This document shows, piece after piece, positions 32,421 through 41,329 of a DNA stretch of 64,000 nt. The notes under the pieces were generated by a model that did not search any database, had not been told where the DNA came from, and worked only from the letters and a program-made list of their open reading frames with translations. The stretch is from Pukyongia sp. (GTDB lineage Bacteria > Bacteroidota > Bacteroidia > Flavobacteriales > Flavobacteriaceae), in the NCBI GenBank assembly GCA_030148705.1, contig JASBSY010000024.1, positions 21,212 through 85,211 on the forward strand, written 5' to 3'. The position numbers and the translations under genes are program-made. Position 1 is the stretch's first letter; every line of letters starts with the position of its first letter.

Positions 32421-33052
32421 AGCAGATAAGGAAGTTTAAAGGGATATGGATGCCGGCCGCTTTGTGGGAATATCCGGGAATGAATATAACTGAGCGGTGC
32501 TTTTTTGCTGAAATAGACAGCCTCGATCATGGTGATGGTTGCTGGGCAAAGAACAACCACTTTTCGAAACTGTTTAAACTCAGTAAAAATCGATGCAGTG
32601 AGATTATAAATAAGATGGCTGAGAAAGGATTTATTCGAATAGAAATTGCTGAAAATGGGGATCGCAGAATGTTCCAAAATATAGGGTTCGGAATATCGAA
32701 CCCCCCTTCGGAATCTCGACTGACCCCTTCGGAATCTCGACAACCTATATATAAGGATAGAGATATACAATTAGAGAAACAAGAGAACGATGCGCGCGCG
32801 ATTGATTTTTTAAAAACTAATTATCCTATTCGCTTTCAAGCGTGGGAGATGTTGCACAAAAGAGCCATCGACGATTACCCGGAATTTCTTAAGCTGTTCG
32901 ATAACAAGGTTGATGTGGAAGGATTGGAATACACCGCCCGGATATTGTTTGCCCGGCTCGATAGTTTTTACACGAACTGGGTAAGGAATACCCGCAACAG
33001 GCAGAGCACTCGACATGACTTGCCTTTATCTCCTTTAAAACGAATCTCTTAA
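32417..33052 (+). CDS. Replication initiator (lambda O/DnaD-like, N-terminal HTH)
   Basis: CWAKNNHFSKLFKLSKNRCSEIINKM HTH; internal iterons; upstream of dnaB. Confidence 0.75.
   Translation: MKQIRKFKGIWMPAALWEYPGMNITERCFFAEIDSLDHGDGCWAKNNHFSKLFKLSKNRCSEIINKMAEKGFIRIEIAENGDRRMFQNIGFGISNPPSESRLTPSESRQPIYKDRDIQLEKQENDARAIDFLKTNYPIRFQAWEMLHKRAIDDYPEFLKLFDNKVDVEGLEYTARILFARLDSFYTNWVRNTRNRQSTRHDLPLSPLKRIS
32687..32741 (+). repeat. Iterons, putative phage origin
   Basis: TTCGGAAT(A/C)TCGA three times; the 18-bp CCCCTTCGGAATCTCGAC is exact at 32703 and 32724. Confidence 0.7.
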
Positions 33053-34467
33053 TGAGCGATAAGATAACAAAAGGAAAGTTGCCGCCGCAGGCTGTGGATC
33101 TTGAAGAAGCAGTACTGGGGGCAATGCTTATTGATACCAGGGGAATGGATACCGTTTTCGAGGTTATTAATAGCCCGGATGTTTTCTATAAGTCGGGCCA
33201 TCAGTGGATATTTAAAGCTGCTCAGTCATTGTATAAAAGATCGGAGGCGATTGATATGCTTACAGTAAGTGAGGAACTAAAGTCCTTCAATAAACTTGCT
33301 GATGCAGGTGGCCAGCGGCATTTAGTGGAACTTACTGAGCGTATCGCTTCATCGGCTCATACGGAGTACCATTGTAGAATTCTACTTCAGAAGTATTTGC
33401 AGCGACAGGTTATTAAGATAGCGAGCGAGGCGATTGAGGATGCATATAGTGATAAGTGTGATGCATTACAGCTGCTGGATGATACATCGGCTAAGTTCGA
33501 CCTGCTGCAAGGTGTGGTGAGTAGTGGTTATACTTCACAGGATTGGTCGGGCGCTGTACTGTCTATTCCTGCAAGGGTTGAGTTCTTAACTAATAATGAA
33601 GGGGAGATTACCGGGGTTCCTTCGGGATTGAAGAATGTGGATCAGTTTACAAACGGATGGCAGCCGGGAGAGTTTATTGTTATAGGCGCTGATAGTGGAA
33701 TGGGTAAGACTGCTCTTGTTATGGGAATGATATTGGCCAGTGCTAAGAATGGAAATCCGGCAGGTATGTTTAGTATGGAAATGCCGGTGGTACAGTTGGC
33801 AGCTCGTGGGGTTGCTGTTGAGAGTAATTTCCATATGAAACAACTCACTCACTATGGTTTTGAAAAGCAGGAATACTTTCAGTCACTCAATCGTGTGGTG
33901 GACCGCCTTAGTAAGTTGCCTATTCATATTGATGATAAACCGGCACTTACCATTCAGGAGATGAAACGTAAGGCTCGAACGATGTACAGGAAACATGGGA
34001 TTGAGTTTATTGTTATTGATTTCATTCAGATGTTTAGTGGGGATAGTAATGACATCCGGATTAATGTTGGTGATGCTGCCAGGGAATGTAAGAACCTGGC
34101 TAAAGAATTAAATATCCCTGTTATTGCTTTAAGTCAGTTAAGCCGTGAGGTTAAGAAGATCCAGTATTGTATCCCGCAGAAACACCACCTGAAAGAGAGT
34201 AGCGCGATTGAAGAGGCTGCGGATCTGATTGCATTACTGTATCGCCCATCTTATTACGGATATTCAGAAGCGACTCATCCTGCTTTGTTCGATCAGCTGG
34301 AGATGAAGCATAATGAGAATGCGTGTTTGATTATAGCGAAGAACAGATCCGGTGCGATGGGAACAATCGGCCTACACTTCATTGAGAATAAAACAAAGTA
34401 TGTGAATCCGGAAGATGTGCAGGGCCAACTAGTGGAAGCACAGGACGATGATGGGTTAGCGTTTTAA
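33052..34467 (+). CDS. dnaB: Replicative helicase DnaB-like
   Basis: LPPQAVDLEEAVLGA, GADSGMGKT, IDFIQ, ALSQLSR and IIAKNRSG motifs. Confidence 0.95.
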   Translation: MSDKITKGKLPPQAVDLEEAVLGAMLIDTRGMDTVFEVINSPDVFYKSGHQWIFKAAQSLYKRSEAIDMLTVSEELKSFNKLADAGGQRHLVELTERIASSAHTEYHCRILLQKYLQRQVIKIASEAIEDAYSDKCDALQLLDDTSAKFDLLQGVVSSGYTSQDWSGAVLSIPARVEFLTNNEGEITGVPSGLKNVDQFTNGWQPGEFIVIGADSGMGKTALVMGMILASAKNGNPAGMFSMEMPVVQLAARGVAVESNFHMKQLTHYGFEKQEYFQSLNRVVDRLSKLPIHIDDKPALTIQEMKRKARTMYRKHGIEFIVIDFIQMFSGDSNDIRINVGDAARECKNLAKELNIPVIALSQLSREVKKIQYCIPQKHHLKESSAIEEAADLIALLYRPSYYGYSEATHPALFDQLEMKHNENACLIIAKNRSGAMGTIGLHFIENKTKYVNPEDVQGQLVEAQDDDGLAF

Positions 34468-34468
34468 T

Positions 34469-34783
34469 ATGCCGAAGCGAAGTGATAAAATACAGCCGCA
34501 TTGGGTTCCTAAACGGAAGAAGCATGAAAGGCTTGTGGATAACTCAGCCTTCTATAACTCCAGCAAATGGAGAAAGTTTTCAAGAGCATACAAAGATAAG
34601 AATCCGTTGTGTGTCGAATGTGACAGATTAGGACTGGTGGGCCCGGCAGATGTAGCGGATCACATTGAAAGAATTGAAGATGGCGGGGCGAAGTTTGATG
34701 AAAAAAATATACAAAGCTTATGTAATAAGCACCACGCTCAGAAAAGTGGTCGAGAAGGTAGTATAAACAGGGGAACCCCTTAA
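34469..34783 (+). CDS. Packaging-associated HNH endonuclease
   Basis: PLCVEC..ADHI..NIQSLCNKHH. Confidence 0.9.
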   Translation: MPKRSDKIQPHWVPKRKKHERLVDNSAFYNSSKWRKFSRAYKDKNPLCVECDRLGLVGPADVADHIERIEDGGAKFDEKNIQSLCNKHHAQKSGREGSINRGTP

Positions 34784-34876
34784 AAAAGTTTGATCTTATG
34801 ATAAGCGAAACATCGCCTGTAAATCAAAATTTTTGTGTGTCATTATTTTTTAAGGGGGGGTATCAATAGTAATGTT

Positions 34877-35326
34877 ATGAAAGTAGTAGGAAAAGGAAAT
34901 GGAAATCTAGTTAAGTCGGACCTGGTTAAGAAGGTCCCTGGTGCACCGCGGTTTTTTACTCCGCGAGCAAAGACGACGTATAAAAGATTGGGTAATATTT
35001 TAATCGAGGCCGGTGTGCTAAAATCCCGCCACTTACCTACTCTTGAAATTCTAGCACAGAATTATGATCAGTGGCAAAGTGCGATCATGGCAATAAATAA
35101 AGCCAACCGGAAAAAGGCTATGAGTGGTTACATCCAAAAGTTTACCACCGGTGCCACGAACATCTCCCCGGAGGTGACTCTAAAAGAAAAAGCTGAGAAA
35201 CAAATTTTTATTTGCCTGAAGCGCTTCGGCTTGGATCCGAAGAGCGAGAAAGAACTCGATGCCGGAAATCAACTCCAGCTCCCGTTTACACTGGATGATA
35301 TTCTAAGCAACAAGCGAGCAGTATAG
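34877..35326 (+). CDS. terS: Terminase small subunit (P27-like)
   Basis: Follows HNH; C-terminal RFGLDPKSEKEL motif. Confidence 0.8.
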   Translation: MKVVGKGNGNLVKSDLVKKVPGAPRFFTPRAKTTYKRLGNILIEAGVLKSRHLPTLEILAQNYDQWQSAIMAINKANRKKAMSGYIQKFTTGATNISPEVTLKEKAEKQIFICLKRFGLDPKSEKELDAGNQLQLPFTLDDILSNKRAV

Positions 35327-35386
35327 TAAACACAGAGGGCGGCCGCCGTAGGAAGCAATACCACCCTCTTCAATCAATAATTAATT

Positions 35387-35899
35387 ATGAAATCAAAGGT
35401 AACACTAATTTTATTCCTATTCTCTTTAGGGGTATCAGCACAATTCAATAACGACGAAGATCTTACCGCGTCAGTATTTATCGATCCCACCTTCACAGAT
35501 GCCGGCTTTCAGTTTGGTGTCCAGCTTCGAAAAGAACTACTTTGGGGATGGACCGGAATTGAGGCATCTCATTACGGATCCTTAAATCCATCTTACACAG
35601 ACCTGGTAGGAAGCGGCGGAATGGCATTTGAGTTTAAACCAGTAACAATTCTCTTAGGTCCCAGGGCTGGAGTTTTATTCAGAGAACGATCACCTTATCC
35701 GCTTGTAGGATTGATTACAAATATCGAATTACAGATCAGTCAAAAAATCCGAGTGGGCTTTCGTTTATGGGTGGACCATCGCGAAGATCAGAAAGATCAG
35801 TTTTATGGTGACAGCGATGGATATGAACCGGGGATAATTTTCACTGGTCCGCTCGCTCAGGAAAATGGCGCGGCAGTATTAACCTGGATAATTCAATAA
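35387..35899 (+). CDS. Exported, beta-strand-rich (outer-membrane-like) moron protein
   Basis: Signal peptide MKSKVTLILFLFSLGVSA; alternating amphipathic strands. Confidence 0.6.
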   Translation: MKSKVTLILFLFSLGVSAQFNNDEDLTASVFIDPTFTDAGFQFGVQLRKELLWGWTGIEASHYGSLNPSYTDLVGSGGMAFEFKPVTILLGPRAGVLFRERSPYPLVGLITNIELQISQKIRVGFRLWVDHREDQKDQFYGDSDGYEPGIIFTGPLAQENGAAVLTWIIQ

Positions 35900-35926
35900 A
35901 ACACTCCTGAAAAAGAAATACAAAAA

Positions 35927-36547
35927 ATGGTTTTTGGATACGCGCGAGTAAGTACATCAGCACAAAAATTACAAATGCAAATAGACGCTTTGGAAGCATA
36001 CGGAATCGATACAAAAAACATCTTCACTGATGTAGCATCGGGAGCAAAATCCGACCGGCCCGGCCTTTCAGAATTGCTTATGAAACTACGTGAAGGAGAT
36101 ACGGTTGTGGTATGGAAGAGCTGCCGATTGGCCCGAAGCTTAAAACACATGATCACATTAATGGAGAATTTCAATTCCTTAAAGATCGAATTCAAGAGCA
36201 TCCAGGAACCATTCCTGGATACGAAGTCTGCTAATGGCCGCTTTATCTTCAATCTGTTTTCGGCACTCAACGAAATGGACCGGGAGATTAACCGCGAGCG
36301 AGTGATCACCGGATTAGAGGCCGCGCGTAAACGCGGTAAAGTAGGTGGCCGTCCAAAGGGACTGAGTAAAAGACTGCGGGATATATCTCCAGGTGTAGCT
36401 AGTATGTGGAAGGACCCTAACGCGTCTATCAATGATATAAAACGAATATTCGGCATCGCTCAGGCTTCGGTTTACAAGTGTGTGAGGTACCAGGGAATTA
36501 ATATCCATTCTATGGATCATAAGAATAAAGTCAAACGATCAAAGTGA
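35927..36547 (+). CDS. Small serine recombinase (resolvase/invertase)
   Basis: FGYARVST catalytic Ser, DRPGL, RLARSL, C-terminal HTH. Confidence 0.95.
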   Translation: MVFGYARVSTSAQKLQMQIDALEAYGIDTKNIFTDVASGAKSDRPGLSELLMKLREGDTVVVWKSCRLARSLKHMITLMENFNSLKIEFKSIQEPFLDTKSANGRFIFNLFSALNEMDREINRERVITGLEAARKRGKVGGRPKGLSKRLRDISPGVASMWKDPNASINDIKRIFGIAQASVYKCVRYQGINIHSMDHKNKVKRSK

Positions 36548-36550
36548 ATT

Positions 36551-38647
36551 ATGAATTTACAAGTAAATGAAATACCGGAAAACTGGAATCCAGGATGTGT
36601 AAAGTCATTTAATCGATGGGTCTCACGCATCCACAATCACGAAAAACGGCGATATGGTATTCCTATTCGAATCAGTAAAAACAAACAGTAATTAACGGCT
36701 ACGGCCATAAATCATAAAACAATGGAAGAATTAAAAGCGATTGAAAAAGAGCAACCCCAACATTTAGAAATGGCTAAAGAGGTGGCTGAGACATTAATTA
36801 ACACTTGTTCAAGCGAGCAGCAAGCAGAATTTTTAACGTTTGTTCAGAAAGTTATTGATGAAGATTATTGCAACAGGATTGCACGCTGTGAAAAAGAACT
36901 TGCTGTCATAAAAATGGAACACAACAGGTTTTTAGGGAATCCGAATAAACCACAAGAACCTTATTCAAACTAATTGTAGGATATGAGTGATCCACAGATA
37001 AGAGGTAGGTGTATTTCTACTGGGAAAATAATTATTAATTCTCAGGTGACTCAGATCGGAAACAGGATAAACAATGCCGACTGGATTTCCGAAAGAACAG
37101 GATGGTATAAAACAAAACAGTAATTAAGATGAAACCATATCCAAACCACAAATCATTGACATTCGACAAGGAAGCTCAGAATAACCTTCCACAAGAAATC
37201 AAAGACAAAATGAGAAACGACATGCAAGAAGCAAGATTATTCGACTATCTCTCGAAAGAAATTTCGGAAGGAAAAACAGAATTTAGAATCGCCATGCAAT
37301 CTAAAGATGAAGGCATTATACACCCATTAGGGAAGGATGGCAATACATACGATTTTAAAATTATTGACAAAGGAACTTTCCTTTCGTCATCTAAATAAAT
37401 AGTAGCTATTGAGGCTACGTAAAATCAAACGATATGAAACAACTTACAGAACAACAGGCAATTAATTTCGCTAATAGCGAAGAATGGAAGGAATGGACAG
37501 ACGAACAAATTGTAAGGCTACAATTATTCCAAAAAAGACTTTGCGTTCCATTTTCAAGATTTCAAGAAGCTATGACGAAAGTTTTAGGGCGATCCATTTG
37601 GACACACGAATTTACGACGTCGAACCATGATAATTTAGTTCAAGAATATTTAGGAACAAAGCCAGCTCCTTCATTTGAAGAAATTGTAAATCTAATACCC
37701 GAAGAAAAGAGGGTGATATTAAACCTGTAGTATGAGTTGGTATATAATCATGGAAAAGCATCCTGGGGGTAAATGGGAAGATCGTACAGATCCAGACAAT
37801 CATTGGCCGTCTATGAAAATTAAAATGCAGAAAATGAAAAAGGATAGACCAGAAAGTGAATTTAGAATAGTAAAAACGAACTATTAATACTGTAGGTAAT
37901 GGCAATGACACTATTAGGAGATATGAAGCTATCGCATAACATTCTCGATTTTTTAGGATTTGAGTTTGAAAAAGGTGGGTGTAAGTATTTTAAAGTCGAA
38001 TTAGATGCGAAAGGTTGGGCTTTAGTTTGGTGTGAAAGCCTGAAAGATTACTTCATTGAACCTAAATTTCAACCAACATCAAGAATAAGAGTAAGCACGG
38101 TCGATAAATTACACGCTGCTTACATTTTAATAACTGACAAAAATTTTAATCTGTAGAAATCATGGAAAATCAAAAATACAGACTAACGAAGCTAAGCGAT
38201 GATAGGTTTGATGGCCTTCATCCAAACGGAATCAATAAAGGGTATACAAAGAATGGAAACCGTATTCACCCTGAAAAGCCAACCAAAGGAAAAATCTTTT
38301 GGCTCGACAACATGAACACTTCAGTTGTTACCGAGGAAATGAACGATGATGGAATTTTTAAAACTCGAAATTCAACATACAAACTGGAAATACTGTAGAA
38401 TATGGCGCACCATTGTTATATATGTAATTCCGAATGCTATTGCAACGGCAGTATTGATGATGTAATAGTAGATAAGACACCTTCAAATTGTGAAGGATGC
38501 GGATGTGAAGATATGTTTTATGATGAAGATGAACATTTTGATCGATGCGAAGATTGTGACGGACACGATGCGTGTTTAGATTTTGGATGTGCATTTGAAA
38601 ACGGCTGCGGTCATTTAGTAGTAACAGATCCGGCTAAGAGTTGGTAA
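36551..38647 (+). other. Nine small co-oriented ORFs (36551-36691, 36722-36973, 36983-37123, 37129-37398, 37434-37730, 37732-37887, 37899-38156, 38162-38398, 38402-38647)
   Basis: ORF track plus hand translation; each ends at a CWGTAR-type motif. Confidence 0.75.
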
Positions 38648-38663
38648 TTAATAACTGTAGTTA

Positions 38664-39557
38664 GTGAACCACGGATCATTATTTAGCGGAATTGGAGGTT
38701 TTGACCTGGCGGCAGAATGGATGGGGTGGGAGAATGTATTTCACTGTGAATGGAATGAGTTTGGCCAACGAGTTCTTAAATATTACTGGCCTAATGCAAT
38801 AAGTTATGACGACATTACAAAAACAGATTTCACTATTCACCGAGGATCAATCGACATCCTTACGGGAGGATTCCCCTGCCAACCATACAGCACCGCAGGA
38901 AAACGAAAAGGAAAAGAAGATGATCGCCACCTCTGGCCGGAAATGCTTAGAGCGATTCGAGAGATTGCCCCAAAGTACGTTGTGGGCGAAAACGTTTCTG
39001 GGCTACTTAGTTGGAACGGGGGGCTGGTATTCGAAGAGGTGCAAGCTGACCTGGAAGCTGAAGGGTACGAAGTACAACCGGTCCTACTTCCAGCTTGCGG
39101 CATCGGTGCGCCCCACAAAAGAGAAAGAGTATGGTTTGTTGCCTACTCCCCAAGCAATAGATGGAAAAGGGAAGGGAAGAAAATTGAGAATGAAAACCGG
39201 AAATCGGGATCCTCAGAAATTGGGAAATTGGAGGGGGGATTTAAAAGATTGGGCGAATCAAGGATTATTGCCAACTCCGAGCGCAAGCGACAATCGGGAT
39301 CGGGGCGGGCCGACGAACCCCTGCGTACAAAAACGGATTCAGAATGGAAAGCAAGTTGGGCTTACGATGATGATAGATGGCCAACTCAATCCCCGGTTTG
39401 TAGCAGAGATGATGGGATTTCCAGAGAATTGGACGGAATTACCTTTTCTAAATGGTTACAAGGATCAATTTCAGGATATGGAAACGCAATAGTACCGGAA
39501 TTGGCATTTGAATTATTTAAAGCAATAGAACAAACAAAATATTCATTAAACCTGTGA
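38664..39557 (+). CDS. C5-cytosine DNA methyltransferase, main polypeptide
   Basis: Motifs I SLFSGIGGFD, IV GGFPCQ, VI ENV, VIII HKRERVW and X GNAIVP; motif IX is absent. Confidence 0.9.
   Translation: MNHGSLFSGIGGFDLAAEWMGWENVFHCEWNEFGQRVLKYYWPNAISYDDITKTDFTIHRGSIDILTGGFPCQPYSTAGKRKGKEDDRHLWPEMLRAIREIAPKYVVGENVSGLLSWNGGLVFEEVQADLEAEGYEVQPVLLPACGIGAPHKRERVWFVAYSPSNRWKREGKKIENENRKSGSSEIGKLEGGFKRLGESRIIANSERKRQSGSGRADEPLRTKTDSEWKASWAYDDDRWPTQSPVCSRDDGISRELDGITFSKWLQGSISGYGNAIVPELAFELFKAIEQTKYSLNL
38806..39492 (+). CDS. Overlapping +1-frame polypeptide carrying methyltransferase motif IX
   Basis: 228-aa nested ORF with LLPTP repeats and QLNPRFVAEMMGFPENWT. Confidence 0.75.
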   Translation: MTTLQKQISLFTEDQSTSLREDSPANHTAPQENEKEKKMIATSGRKCLERFERLPQSTLWAKTFLGYLVGTGGWYSKRCKLTWKLKGTKYNRSYFQLAASVRPTKEKEYGLLPTPQAIDGKGKGRKLRMKTGNRDPQKLGNWRGDLKDWANQGLLPTPSASDNRDRGGPTNPCVQKRIQNGKQVGLTMMIDGQLNPRFVAEMMGFPENWTELPFLNGYKDQFQDMETQ

Positions 39558-39559
39558 TT

Positions 39560-39870
39560 ATGTATAATGTATCATTTACAACAAAGCTAAAAGGGGAGCT
39601 GGTTGAAGAAGGATTTACAACTTCTCTATCTCCTAATATTGAAGATGCACTTCATCATTTTTCAGACGAAACTGATTTTGCTGATATAGATGAAATTGAA
39701 CTAAGGATCAATCCTTTAAATCTGTAATTAACGTACAATCAAACGATATGAAAAAATGTGAAAATTGTAATAAAGAAAAAGTGGGTGTGAGGTTTTTAGG
39801 TAAAGACATTTGTATGGCTTGCTACAACAGAATTACTGGAGCGATTAAACCACTAACTCAAAAACAGTAG
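39560..39870 (+). other. Two small ORFs (39560-39727, 55 aa; 39748-39870, 40 aa with CxxC..CxxC)
   Basis: Hand translation; both end in the CWGTAR motif. Confidence 0.6.
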
Positions 39871-39873
39871 GAT

Positions 39874-40314
39874 ATGAAAAAATCGGGATATTATGGAATT
39901 GGAGCATTGAATATGAAAACAAGCCAAAATTATGGTACGTTGTTCCGTACGGCCCAAATTCTTAATGCTGATTTTATTTTTCTGATTGGATGTCGATTTA
40001 AAAAGCAGGCAACGGACACTATGAAATCGTGGCGACATATTCCCCTTTTTGAATATGTGGACTTTGAAGATTTTAATAAGCACCGCCCACATGATTGTAA
40101 ACTTGTCGGCATCGAAATGACAGAGACTGCGATCCCAATTAAGGAATTTAAACATCCAAAACAAGCATGCTATTTGCTTGGTGCGGAGGATAGTGGGCTA
40201 ACTAAAGAGGCTGTCAAAAATTGCCAGGAGATAATATTTCTTCCTGGAGAACGAAGTATGAATGTGTCAGTAGCAGGAAGTATTGTGCTATTCGACCGCA
40301 TAAACAAACAGTAG
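39874..40314 (+). CDS. SpoU/TrmH-family (SPOUT) RNA methyltransferase
   Basis: NYGTLFRTA, LLGAEDSGL and SMNVSVAGSIVLF motifs. Confidence 0.88.
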   Translation: MKKSGYYGIGALNMKTSQNYGTLFRTAQILNADFIFLIGCRFKKQATDTMKSWRHIPLFEYVDFEDFNKHRPHDCKLVGIEMTETAIPIKEFKHPKQACYLLGAEDSGLTKEAVKNCQEIIFLPGERSMNVSVAGSIVLFDRINKQ

Positions 40315-40317
40315 GTA

Positions 40318-41309
40318 ATGTACTATAAGGCTGTAAAATGTGATTGTTGCAATGCAATTGAAATTGTTAGTCCGGCAAAACCGATTAACCTTTCAAGAGA
40401 TACAACTTTAAAAACCCTGGGCTGGATAACCCGGATGAATGGTAGGGCTGTTCTCGACTTTTGCAGTAAGAAGTGCGAAGAAATTTATAATCAAAAACAG
40501 TAGGTTAAATAGCGGATCCTGCTAATTAAGAAATCCGCTGAAAACTTAAATAAATCAAACACAATGAGAACTGCTATTTATACACAGGTTGGGCTAACTA
40601 TTGGATTGGTTATTAATGTGTTCTTTAAAGTAACTGAAATAAATGAAGCTGTTTTCATTTATATACTTTTAACGATGGGCTACTTTCTTGCCTTTTTTCA
40701 ATTTCGAAAAAAGATAAAAAATAAATTAACCAAAAACCACCCACCAATGACCGAAGAACAGATCCGCCAGCTGGGCTTTCAACTTGAAAAGCACTATACC
40801 CACGATGAATGGGAAACCTTCCGCTATAAAAAAGGAGTAATTCAGATTGAATTCACCTATGAAATTAAAAGCGGAAAGATTGATACAGTCGATGTAACCA
40901 TCGACGAAGTGATCGGAAAAGAAATGGGTTTTACGAACTTGCTTAAACTAGATCGAATTCTAAATTAATAAACAAATGCGACATCTATCCCAACGCGAAA
41001 AGCATGAAATAACCAGACATCAAAAAGAAGCCTACGAAGCGTATCTTTTAATGTGCGCGTCTCTTAATGAAGTGCCCAGGCCCGACATCGTAATTCTGAT
41101 AAGCGGATGTACAGTACGGAATCGACTTATAGAATCCACCGAAATATTTAAATCGAAAACTAACATTAACCCGGAAACATAAAATGAAATCAACCCGAAC
41201 CTGCAAACACAAGCGAACCATCCCTAGTAAACTGAATACCGGATATGTAATGTGCCTAAACTGCCTTAAAGTAGTACATCGGGAAACCGGAAAATTACTC
41301 CCGCGATGA
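40318..41309 (+). other. Four small ORFs (40318-40503, 40564-40968, 40976-41182, 41184-41309)
   Basis: ORF track plus hand translation. Confidence 0.6.
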
Positions 41310-41329
41310 CAATGCCTGTTTTTTAAAGA

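Noticed and set aside
35927-36547. Tail-fibre invertible segment (Mu gin-like) driven by the serine recombinase
   Set aside because: I saw no inverted gix-like repeats or reverse-oriented fibre cassettes in the tail region by eye; an exhaustive inverted-repeat search was not possible.
36683-40503. attC sites in the first small-gene array
   Set aside because: No paired R''/L''/L'/R' arms could be found; only the 9-bp motif.
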